Shown here piece after piece: positions 13,758-25,665 of a DNA stretch of 64,000 bases. Within the stretch, counting starts at the first letter, position 1, and each line of letters opens with the position of its first letter. The position numbers were made by a program, and so were the translations under genes. The notes under the pieces were generated by a model. That model was not told the origin of the DNA, did no database searches, and saw only the letters and a list, made by a program, of their open reading frames with translations. The DNA comes from Saccostrea echinata (lineage: Eukaryota): contig NW_026889750.1 in the NCBI RefSeq assembly GCF_033153115.1, forward strand, positions 33,542,001 to 33,606,000, given 5' to 3'.

Positions 13758-16058
13758 GGGAATCAGTCTATCAAAGAATGCCTAAAAAGCGCAGAAAATC
13801 GCCCAAATATCTTTTCTTTACCTCCCAAAGATCTTTTTAGGACTTTCAAAGAAATGAATGTTTTGAGCGACTAAGATCTCTTAGTGATATCTTTCAGTCA
13901 TGCACTGTTCTCACACATAATCTTTCAGTAAACTGCAGTGTATCAATCTCATTGATACTCTCGTGTGCTAACGCTCAGTAAACTCTCAGAGGATCCTAGA
14001 GAAAGCAAGGTTTTCATTTATATTTGAGGGATTATTCAGTTTGTTCAGTGTGATCTCCTTATTGGATTTACACTAGTGTATACAGAGACTTTTCGAGGCT
14101 TTGAGAGATCACGAAGAGATCAAACAAAATGTAAATTGCCAAATTGCATCTATTCTTTATAACATACATGTACTTCATCAATTTTAGATTTTTATTTTTA
14201 TCCAACATGAGACACATGATCAATATAAAAATGTGACTGGGAAAATATGCTTTTGTTTGTCCGTCTTTATCAAACGAATTTTATAATTGGTATTCGTTAC
14301 AAATTTTTCGTGATATATAATTTATTATTATACTAGTATACTGAATAACCTAAAGCTCCTCATATATTCAATGCGTATGTATAATTTTTTATACATTTTT
14401 AACTCGTATCACGTCAGATCTTTATATTATATATTTTTTATGCAAATTATTCATTTGATTCTTAAAGGAAGTTAAATGTACATTTTTTAATTATTTAAAA
14501 AAAATTAACTTAAGTTTGAGTTTATAAAAAATGCAAATTTGATTTGGCTTTTGTTCCTGTTTGATGAAGGATGGAGCATTAATATGCATGGTAAGAACCG
14601 GTGGCTTAGTAATGTAATGCCAACGCTCAATTAGCATTATTCCATTGAGATGGTTACTCAAGTTTTTTTCAAATTCATAGCTAGAGACTTAAGATTTATA
14701 AAATGAATTGTCATTGTTTTGTATATACCGTATGTACGATTGTAGTGTTCATACCCTAAGATAAGATAAATTGATATTTTTTTTTAATTTATCCTTTTTG
14801 TCTTTTATATTAACACCATGTTATTAACTCTTGCCTATAACATTACCTTTAAAAAAACGAATTGTATTTTAAAAAATCGTTTTTGTATTGATCATTGAAT
14901 TTTTTTAAAGAATCAAAATTGCACTTGAAAATGCGGAAAAGGTGGAAATATTTCAAAACCTTCTTATTTAGGAAAGGAATATGTAGGAGAAAATTCATTT
15001 GGTATCCCATACCTTCTTTAAGATAACAGATAAGCCATTATACGTATCATTTTTCGGAATTATACAGGCGCTTGAGTTCTCTTTCAAGAATGCCCCGAAC
15101 TTGTATGATAACACACCTGACAACACACCTGGTACATGACTTAATGTAAATTTTGTTTAATGTCGTCGAGGGTACAAATTCACCAAAAACACAAATCTGA
15201 AGGGGGGTTGTTTGTTTGTTTTTCAAATGTCTAACTAGTATTTACTTTGAGCTATCAAAGAAGACTTTGAGTTATATAAAGTAGACTTTGAATTATAAAG
15301 AAGACTTTTTAAAATACTTTTGATGGAACACAATAATAAATGGTCGAGTAACATAGGAGTAATGAATTATAACATTTTTTAAAAAATAAAATGGAAGACT
15401 GCATCTTATATGAATAACTTTATCTTTATTAAAAGATTTTAGTGATGCGATTTTTGTATTAAATAATTTCCTCGACTTAGAAATGTCGATTTATTTCTTT
15501 TAGGACTTAGTCTTTGAAATAAAACCAAAATTATGATTTAGAAACCATTATGGCTGAGATATTGTCACAATTTTCAGCTACTTTCAATTTGTTTAGAGCA
15601 CTCTGTATTTATTATAAATTAACAGCTAGAAGTCTAAACTAAGTGCGTGTAAAACAAACAATTTAATTTTGCTTTTGTCTTTTATTAAATAAGTAAACAA
15701 ATTGATCACAATAAAATGTATTCATACACAAGCATTTGATGTTATTGACAGTATAACAACAAATTCATGTTCATGTATATAAATTAATACATGAGTAATC
15801 TCTCTTAATAAGAATACCCACATCAGTCACAGTAACGCATATGGCACTTTTCGTGACTTCATTCATAATGTATAAAACAGAACTTCAAATAATCAAGATA
15901 AAAGGCTTGATATATCTATTTTATGTAAAAATAATGTATTTGGAATATACATGACATTGACAAAACAAGCATAGTTTAGAAGGTGTGTACATTATAACAC
16001 TGGGCATTAAAATTTACCTTCAACAAAACATGAAATGTTTCCCTATCACCCAGTGTCA

Positions 16059-18255
16059 TTACAGCCGAGACTGATTATTAGGAACGTCTAAATCGTTCAC
16101 AATCTCTCCCACATTATCTGCTTCAGAGTTTAGTGATAGGCTTCCAGTAGCCCCTTGTAAATCACTTTCTACAGTCATACCTTCTCCTCTTTCAATATCT
16201 ATAGAAGTATCTGTTGGTGGGTGTACAGTGCTCACCTGTCTATCAATGTCGTAATTCACAAAGTTTTCTTGAGATGTTTCTAAGTCTCCACCCACCATGA
16301 ACACTACTACATCATTACCGCTTTCACTTGTTACTTCTGATGTAAGCGCCTTTTGGTCAACTTCCTCCTCCTTGGCCCTTGCCACTTCCGCTGCGTCACG
16401 GACCCACTGCAGACGTCGATTAATTTCAATTGCCGATTCGTAAGAAGGAAGATAATTCACATTTGTCCGGGAATATTTACCAGGGTAGGGAGGAGGTTCG
16501 TCAGCAAGCCAGTGGAGAAAAGAAGGACCGGGTCGAATACCACCTAATAAAAGAAAAGTCATGTTGCAATATTTCTTTCAAAATTTTATATGGGTTATTT
16601 TTTATAAAAAAAGATTCTATTTGATCTCAGAAACCAAGATTTACATAATCTGCAAAAATATCAAAAGTCAAGAAGCTGCAACATGAATCTTAGGGATTTT
16701 AATCTTCAATATTTTCAGAAATGGAAACACGTTAGCAGCAATAATTTTTGATAAGGGTTTTCCATACAATCATTTCCTGATTTTCATAAAAGGTTGATAA
16801 TTTGAAAGTTTAAATTAGAATTTGACCATCTGTTGTCTAGTTATTTTTTTTAATCGAATGATAACAGATTCAGTAGATAATTCACATTTGAAAAAGCAAA
16901 ACGAAAAGTTAACTAGAATTATATTATATTCTTAAGCTATCCGTCTTTGAAAAGTGGTACACAGTACTTCATTCATTACACATTCTACAACGTACAATAT
17001 GTAAGAAATAAGATTGCGTATATTTACAAATCCCATATACTGTTTCTGCTTGAATATTTTTCTAAATCAATATACACGTAAAAACAATAAAGGTATATAC
17101 GTAAAGCAGGCATAACATTTTAATCCTTGGATGTTATACTAGACTTCAGTACTTCCGATACCTATGGACCTTTACGGAAAAAACAAAAATTTTCCAATTC
17201 TACAAAAAGATATAGAAGATTGCAAAAAAAGGTCATTTTCTATAATATTAGAATAAATTGCAAATAAGTTTTTGAGAGAAAAAGTTAAAAGATTTGTATA
17301 AAAAAAGGGGGGATTAGAGACTTGTCAATTGTTTATCTGAGGCATAAGATCCTTTTTGAAAAGGTAGGACTACTGGTTTAACATTGTCATACGTACTACA
17401 TGTGTTGTTATTGGGTCGTCGAGGAGTCCTTATAAAGGATATGATGGATTTAACAGTAAATATCATCCCTATGAATACAATAACGCTGGATACCACGGCA
17501 ACCAGATGGACAGTCCCTTCTTCGTCATATCCTGTAAGGGGACACAACTTTCACTGTAATCCTACGTATTAATACAAGATTTTAGAACAATTAATTATGT
17601 GAAGAAACATCATACGTGTACCTTCACACATTGATTGAGTATATGAAATACGTAGTCGTGTATATATAAACTTCTTTGACCTTCAATCCTGTTATCAATA
17701 AATTATTTCATTTTTCAAAGTTAATTTACTTTGCTTTGGTGTATCATAAAAGTCGTGGTGGACTGATGGAAGTGTGGTTGTTGTTTTCTCAAGTAATGTC
17801 GATGAGTCACCTGAAAGCAATATTGAGTGCTGACCATGCATAAATATTTCTTGTGGAAATTTGAAGTAAGTGAATATTTACTTGTAATCACATGAATTCA
17901 AAGATCGCTCACAACTAATGCTCTCATGATCAATTTTATTAAGCCAGTTGGCAAGATAAGAGATAACCAATTAATGACTTGCATTGTCCTTCTACCAAAA
18001 ATGTTGAAAATAGTCTCTAGATTTTTTGACAATTAAAACTTTGTCAGAAGAACAAGATCTAAGAAACGAGAAATATAGCAAAGTCTTGGGATATGTTTGC
18101 ACTTATGAAAGAAGAAAAAATAATTATTTCTGCAGTTCGATATAAAAAAAATTATTGTCTATATGGTAAATAGCTTCCCCTGTGATCTACTTACCAGCCA
18201 ATAGAATTGAAGTGCTGCTGTTCTCATCAGCTACACCTGTAACATTGTCGTGCAT
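16059..18255 (-). CDS. Single-pass membrane protein with PPxY and LPxY motifs, paralog C (about 253 aa)
   Basis: Exons 18255-18195 (MHDNVTGVADENSSTSILLA), 17810-17730, 17531-17397 (TM: VHLVAVVSSVIVFIGMIFTV), 16543-16059 (DEPPPYPGKYSRTNVNYLPSYESA); all phase 1; 762 nt in frame. The exon 2 and 3 donors (GTAAAT, GTACGT) are less certain. Confidence 0.8.
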
Positions 18256-18939
18256 TGTTGGACAATACCATAATGAAAACAATGCTTAAGTGTCCGTAGA
18301 AGTAAAGTTAGAACCATTCAGGTATTTCCAGTATGTTCTAGATATGTCTACGTGTTGTCTGTATATATTTAAACACATAAACAAATAATCTATTTATACT
18401 TCAAGGTTCCGCAGGTAAACATTGCGAGCTGAACGCATTCTTACGTTGCGTAGCACTATATGTATCAATTAAAATCTAAATAATTATGTTTATGCTACAG
18501 TGCGATATTGAACAGTTTCTTAGTACAAACAGGTTTTTGCTCAGTATATTGATGGTTTTTTAGGTGATCCTCTAAAAACTAAAGAAGCGACAAAAATATT
18601 AACATCGACGTGTGTCTTCGTAATTCTTTTTTTCAACAAGTATTATTTTTCACAGGACTCCTCGTGACAAGGGATCAGATTATACCAAAATCCTATACCA
18701 ATTATGATGTTTTCATCATATTTGTTTTATCGTCTACACATCTCGGTTAATCAATTGTCCTTGATTCAGGTGCTTAGCCACATAGAAACCCTTCCGTCAA
18801 GTATGATAAGAATGGGGTTTTTTTTAAAATTAATTTTGGCCCTGAAAAAAATGATGGCAGACACTGACCTTTTCAAAATGGTCTTGGGTCATGACATTTG
18901 TGATGGCCATTCCCGGTCATACAATAATGATTTACACAA

Positions 18940-19322
18940 TAATGCAATTCCAAGTTGTTTCTATGTTTAGCGTCCGCGTGCGCCTTGTTTTTTGACACCC
19001 CATACCACAAAAAACAAACAAAATCATGACTCCTCAAATTGAATATTCTGGTCAAAATCACTGAATTCAGTCAATTTCTCAAAATATTTGAATACAATGT
19101 CATATTAGGAATATTGTAAGCATTGAATACCTTGATTTTGCTGAAGAAAAGGTTTTTAATAGATAAAATAGATTTATGAAATCAAATCCTTTGAGTGACG
19201 TCATTTTTATGACCATAAAGTCTGTGTTTTATTTTTTGGTTTTTATGTTTTTTGCGAATAGGTAGGTAGGTTTTTGAAAGATGGGTGGATGCTAAACAGA
19301 GAAAAAACTTGGAATGGCCTAA
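18940..19322. mobile_element. Non-autonomous TIR element
   Basis: Left TAATGCAATTCCAAGTTGTTTCTATGTTTAGCGTCC matches the reverse complement of right GGATGCTAAACAGAGAAAAAACTTGGAATGGCCTAA. Confidence 0.6.
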
Positions 19323-19529
19323 TGGCTTGTACTCCAGGGTTCTCACAATAGCTATTACCCTTTCACTAAACAATGGAAGAAACATTTTTTGAATCAGAGT
19401 GAACAAAAGCAGCAATTTTTAAGATGTCATTTACTTGTATCTTTTCCCATAGTCCTTAATACAGAAATGAGTAGTCACTATGTTATACGTGTGACTTTTT
19501 GTTAAATTCATATAATGAATATGGAGCTA

Positions 19530-21890
19530 ACGAACAGTATTCAAGCTCATAGTCCACTTAAACAATACAAATCGGGAGCAGAGCAAACACGTACCACCAA
19601 AAACATCATAGAAGGGATCAGGTGCCATGGAGGAGTAAGCATCCGCTGTCGACCGGCCACACCCGCCGAGTGCTCCTTGTCATGATCGGGTAAACGGAAA
19701 AATCCGCACAAATTTTAGTGTAAATAATGGCCTAACAATCAGTATGAAAATTGTCAGTCAGCATTTGACATAATGATAGATATCGTATTTGCCGATAAGG
19801 TCATTGTATCGACCATAGAACTTGCGAAATGATGACTTCAAATGAAATTGTTGATATCCTTATTTCATCAACTCATTGGTTAATAGCTTCTTTCCTTTCA
19901 AAAATTAATCGTACGTAAAGCATGCTCTTGCATATCGAATCAACTGGGAGACGTAAACCCCATATTCAGATGATCAGGGTATATTGCTACATAAGTAAGG
20001 GAAGTTGACGATAGAAAAGTTGAAGTCATCACGTTTATCATAAAGTTTTATTGTTAAGTTACCATTAACGTCTTTTTCTAGTGAAATATCCTAATATAAA
20101 ACAGATGTGTAAGAATCTGTGGTGTCTTTTATTTCAAGTTCACTGGGATATATCGAATCGACATAAGAATGGAAGTTGCTATTTGTTAAAGGTGCTTAGA
20201 CACAGAGTTGAACTTAATATTTTCTCAAATTTTCTGTATAATATCACGACTTATATATTGCAATAACATTTCACACGAAAATATAATTAAAAACTTATAT
20301 TTTATCTGGAAATTATTGGAACTACGAATTCTGGGACGCGTTTGATTAACACATCTTTGTACTTACACGAATTTAACTTTATCCTTAATATTTAAGAAAA
20401 GAAGCGATTTTGTTATGTATTAATGAAAAATATTACATCTATAATCCAGAAAATTCAGAGTAGAAATGTTCGAAAGCAAAACCAACTCATCAGTATTGTC
20501 AGTCCATGCTCTGTGACGTGTACAGACTTTAACAAATTGAACACACCCGTGAAACGTAAACTGTTTTTGTAATCAGGGCACGAGCTCTGTTATTGTTAAT
20601 GTTTACGATTCATCGAGTATGTTCAATTGTTAAACTCTGCACACACCACTGAGCACGGACTTACAATACTGTGTGTGGGTTTTGCTTTCGAACATTTCTA
20701 CTCTAATTTTCTGGGTTATAGTTTGAATATTTTTCATTAATACACAACAAAATTGCCACTTTTCTTAAGTATTAAGAATAAAATTAAAATATGTGAAAGC
20801 GCAAGGATGTGTCAATCCAACGCGTCCAGAAATTCGAAGTTTTAATAACTTCGAGATGAAATAAGATTTTTATTAAATTTTAGTATGAAATGCTATAATA
20901 GCAACATATAAGTCATGAAATTATACAGAAAATTTGAGAAAATATTAACCTCAAATCTGTGTCCAAGCACCTTTAATTTATAATACGTCGTCGATACATC
21001 TAAATGTCCAGTTGAAGGCCACATATCGCGTTTTCTTCTTCTCATGTAGAAGTTTATGAAAAAAAAATCTGCTTCAAATGAATACCAAAATAGGTCTGCT
21101 AATAACAGGGGTCCAATTGGTATCCATGGGAATTCCAACAGATCGTGGAAGACCTGATCTTCAAAAACTACAAAGATATATCTTGTCAATCAGAAACCCA
21201 AGCATCTTTTTAATATCAACTTCAGAGTTCTTGTGTGTACAATCAGAATGTTTTGACAAAACAATTTTGCAAATGACCAATGACAAGGTAAGTATATTTA
21301 CGAGTTCCCTTTTTATTGAAAAAGCAGCTAACTATGATGTCAAATAGAGTGGACTTCAAATTAGGGGGGGGGGGGGGGGTGGCTTTATTAAGTGTTGAAA
21401 AGTCGTACGTTTTGATGTTATTGATTTTGTCAAAAATTTGTGATTTCAAATTTTCTAAAAGTTCCTTGTTTATAAGAATCCACATCTGATTTACACCACT
21501 TCTCAAATATACTGTTGTACAGTACTCCTCAAGTTTCTCCTTCACTGCTGTAAATATTTTAGTGAAGAGTAATCAAAGAGGCAGGACATTTACTGGAAAT
21601 CCGCTATGTATCTTTGTTTGTAATGATTTTTATGGAGTTTTGAAATCCAGTATAGGTATGGTATTTCACATTCATTCTGATTGTTGGGAATATTAAAATA
21701 TTTAAAACTGACATAAGGCTCAGAAGAATTTCCACCTTAGAAAGGGAGCTATGGGTATACGTTGGATTACCACTTGCAGAATTAAATCCTAGTTTCTCTA
21801 AAATACAATTCAAATAATGAGCCTTACAAACAAAGACAATGTTGTTACCTGTTTTGTCAGCTGGGACCAGTACATATATACTGATCGTGT
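19530..21890 (-). mobile_element. Decayed, 5'-truncated Penelope-like retroelement (reverse transcriptase pseudogene)
   Basis: Frameshifted RT motifs in order: VPADKTGNNIVFVCK, GVNQMWIL, IKTYDFSTL, GIPMD (GIPMG-type)..PLLLADLF, CIDDVL (YIDD-type), FHSYVDSIYPSELEIKDTT; continuous across the 20190-20972 insertion; conserved 3' motif at about 19610-19670. Confidence 0.8.
20190..20972. mobile_element. Foldback non-autonomous DNA transposon, Kolobok-like
   Basis: Imperfect inverted arms of about 370 bp; termini AGGTGC...GCACCT; TTAA on both sides (20186-20189, 20973-20976). Confidence 0.85.
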
Positions 21891-21919
21891 AATCTATTTA
21901 ATTCTTGTTACTCTTGTTG

Positions 21920-22476
21920 AAATCAGGGAACCAGATTTTTGTAGGAAAACGTCATTTTTCAACCTCTTATCTCTCCCCAGGGTGAAAATCAAAATTTCAA
22001 AACCATATTGCACATTTACAGCACACCACGAATCATATTGCAAAATATGAATCGGCTACTGCAAAAAATGTTAGATGGATTAAGGGAACCTTTTTTTGTT
22101 AGAAAAATCGTTTTTCGACCCCACATCCATCCCCTAAGGTTAAAAATGTAAGAAGGGTTCAGGGAACCAGTTCCTATTAAAAAAAAAAAGTTGTTTTGGC
22201 CCCCACGGTGAAAATCGAAATTCCGAAAACTTATTGCACTCAATAGCACACCACCAATCGTATTCCAAAATATGAAAAGGTTACTGCGAAAAATGTAAGA
22301 GGAGTTCAGGAAATCGGGTTTTTGTAGAGACCCGTATTTTGACACACATTTTGCCCCTAGGGTAAAAATGAAAGGCCACTGCTTAAAATGAGAAGAGTTT
22401 GAGAAAGAAGATACTGTGATGGACGGAAGGACCATGATATCAATATACTCAAACTTTCTTTAGAAAGTGGTTAAAA
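21920..22476 (-). mobile_element. Truncated Helentron-associated non-autonomous element with internal tandem repeats of about 170 bp
   Basis: Reverse-complement homology to 24309-25027, including the ACTTTCTTAGAAAGT terminal hairpin and the repeated GGCTACTGC.AAAAATGT unit. Confidence 0.6.
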
Positions 22477-22641
22477 TGTTAACCGATGATTTCTTTACAT
22501 GGTTCACTTTGGGTGAATTAAGAATAACTTTTAAAAAAATGTCGATTTTATTGATATCGGCGCTAATCACTCACTGAAAATGGTAAAGATCTACATATAA
22601 GGCAAGACAGGAACATTCTTAGTTCAAACATGGCTATAAAC

Positions 22642-22827
22642 NNNNNNNNNNNNNNNNNNNNNNNNNNNNNNNNNNNNNNNNNNNNNNNNNNNNNNNNNNN
22701 NNNNNNNNNNNNNNNNNNNNNNNNNNNNNNNNNNNNNNNNNNNNNNNNNNNNNNNNNNNNNNNNNNNNNNNNNNNNNNNNNNNNNNNNNNNNNNNNNNNN
22801 NNNNNNNNNNNNNNNNNNNNNNNNNNN
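22642..22827. other. Assembly gap
   Basis: Run of N. Confidence 1.
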
Positions 22828-24308
22828 GGTTATTCGAGTACTCGTCGAAAGGTCCGAATATCGAAAACTAAAATCAGTATTCTAGTTGTTGAAGAAAACA
22901 TGCAACATCTTTTAATAATTTTCGTTATTTTTCAAGCACATTTAATTTTCAGAAATCATCTTTTCATAATTTCAAAAATCTAACTGTATTAAAGACCCTG
23001 ACATGTCTTGACAACAATTAAAGTCTTTAGTATCTCAGGAAATGGCAGCGCGTTATTTTGACTTTATTAGATTTTACAGTTCAATACGATAAATTATATG
23101 GTCTCTTTTATAAGTAGCAAACATGCTTCAATCTTCTTAAGTCTGAAACTTACAATTCTAAATCTATAAAATTTGAACAATTAAAGCTTAATTTACTTTC
23201 ATTGGAGCGTCTCCATATGAGTGAAAAATTCTTGAGAGGGACGTTAATCAACAAACAAACATAAAAACTTTCATTGGAGACACAATAAATTATAGTAAAT
23301 CATAGTTCTATAATTATAAAATTATAGTTCTAATCATAGTGACATCGAAGTAATACCGTGTAACAGTTATTTTAAGCTTTCTAAATTCTCCGCACATTAA
23401 AATATCATCAGACATGCATTCTGACATAATGCGAGGCAAATATCTAACTGGCGGTTTACATGTACATGACGTTGCGAATGGTCAACATGAATTTTATTGA
23501 AAGGTAAGTTCATTTTGATATTGATATTCATTACTAAGTATCATGAAATCAAAATTGAATTTTTATAATACTTAAGTTACGTCTATTTATACCTGTACTT
23601 GCTAAAATCATTTGAATTTAATATTCTTTTTTTCACACTATGACTAAAATAACATTCCAGTTAGAACCTGCAATTTCATTTAATCAAGAGAATAAGATTC
23701 AGTGGATTTGACAACCTATATCCAAAGAATGCTCCCATAAGAAAGTTACTTTAAAAAAAAAATACAGAACACCTGTCAATTATTTAATGATTTAGCACTA
23801 ATAAATTTGTTTGACTTTTTGAATGGTGAAGACTATGATCTTCTCTGCAGACTATGTAAGATGGTGAGCTCATGAGGTACAGATGAATAATCTTACTAAT
23901 TTTGTCTATTTTTTTATGTTTCTTGTATAAAATTGGTTATCATATATATCATAATGTCATCGTATAGAATTTTATACATTTATTATGTGTTGTATATGTA
24001 TTTTGAATTGCACTAAGCATATGTTCTCGTTGCTCTTTGCTTTCAATCCATACACATGTACATTATCTCGTATCTAAAGACATTAACTCATACAATATTT
24101 TGTATTTCTATAGCAGTGTATAATTTTCATTATAATGTTATTGTACTTACAACATATATATGTAACATTGGCATATAGCTAAAAGTAAGAGTGGACCAAT
24201 CAGTGTCCTACAGCTCCGCCTCTTGTATTTTTCCTGTTTTTTCTTTGCACATGTATGTGTAAGTATTTATTTATTGATTTTTAACTTGTTTATTTGCCAT
24301 TATCTTTA

Positions 24309-25027
24309 TTATACCCGTACTTTCTTAAGAAAGTTCGAGTATATTGTTAACCTGGTCTGTCCGTCCAGCTGTCACACTATCTTCCTCCTCAAGCTACTCT
24401 AATATTTAAAGCAGTAGCCAAATCTTTTGGAATATGATTGGTGCCTCTATCATGTGAAGAAAGATTATGAAATTTTCAATTTTCCCTGGGAGCCAAAATA
24501 GGGACCAAAAACATTTTTTTTTCTACATATACCTGGTTTTCTGAACTGCTCTTACATTTTTCGCAGTAGCCCATTCATATTTAAGAAAATGATTGAGGGT
24601 GTTCTGCAAATGTGCAATAAGGTTTCAGAACTTAAAATTTCACTCTGTGGGCAATTTGCGGTCAAAAAATAACGTTTTTCTACACAAACCTGCTTCCATT
24701 AACTCTTCTTATATTTTTTGTAGTAGCCAAATCCTCTTTCGGAAGGTATTGGAAGTGTCCCGTAGATGTGCAGTGAGGTTCTAGAATTATGATTTTACAG
24801 TAGCCCATTCATATTTTTGAATAAGTCTGGGTGTATCCTGTAGATGTGCATTTAGGTTTTGGAATTTTGATTTTCACCCGGCCTGGAAAGGATTAGGGGC
24901 TTAAAAAAGAACTTTTTGTTAATTATAGAATTATTGTGGCTTCTTCCCTTGGTACCGAAATATGAAGGCGAGTCCATTTAGAGACAAGCCCATAAGAGTG
25001 GGTAATGCTGTCTTATGACAGCACTAG
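24309..25027 (+). mobile_element. Complete Helentron-associated non-autonomous element (HINE/pearl-like)
   Basis: 5' TATACCCG-ACTTTCTTAAGAAAGT-CGAGTATA inverted repeat, short GTCC tract, tandem units of about 165 bp, 3' hairpin TGCTGTC-TTAT-GACAGCA followed by CTAG. Confidence 0.75.
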
Positions 25028-25665
25028 TAAATTTTGATATACCTATACAATTTTCTTCGAACAAAATTGAGCATTATTAATATGACTCTGTCTCTTATGC
25101 ATCCTGCTATCTTTTAGTAACCAAGGATATGTGTATTTAAACTACACACCACGGGTGTAACTTTTTTTCTACTCATAATGTTACATTCACCGTTTTGTAT
25201 AAATGCTTACATATATAAATTATTATGTTAATTAACCTTTTACCTTTTGCACATTATTTTTTCAAGTTGTCTCTAGTCATCATAACATATTATACAAACT
25301 GAACTAAGAGTTGATTCTCTAAGTTTCATTGTATCTAGTCATCATATCATTCTATTACTATACAAAGTGAACAATGAGCTTATTAGTTACATGTACATTG
25401 TACTAAACCGTTATATGTGCATTATTATATAATCATAAATTGTTATATGTCATGCCCCATGAGGTCCTAATTTGGAAATCTCTCTCACTCTCTCTCTCTC
25501 TCTAAATATGCGTTGATCAGTCCACGTAAACTCAATTTTATGTTACATCGTTAAGATAACTGACGATATCAAACGTAAAATATTTTTATCACTTTAAATT
25601 ACAGAATCACTGTCAATCTTGAGCAGTGTTTCAATTCTTCTGCAGCAATTAACCTGACGTCAGAC

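Noticed and set aside
19530-19800. Hammerhead ribozyme or SECIS at the Penelope-like 3' end
   Set aside because: I could not find a CTGAnGA...GAAA core or a convincing SECIS by eye; a covariance-model search would be needed.
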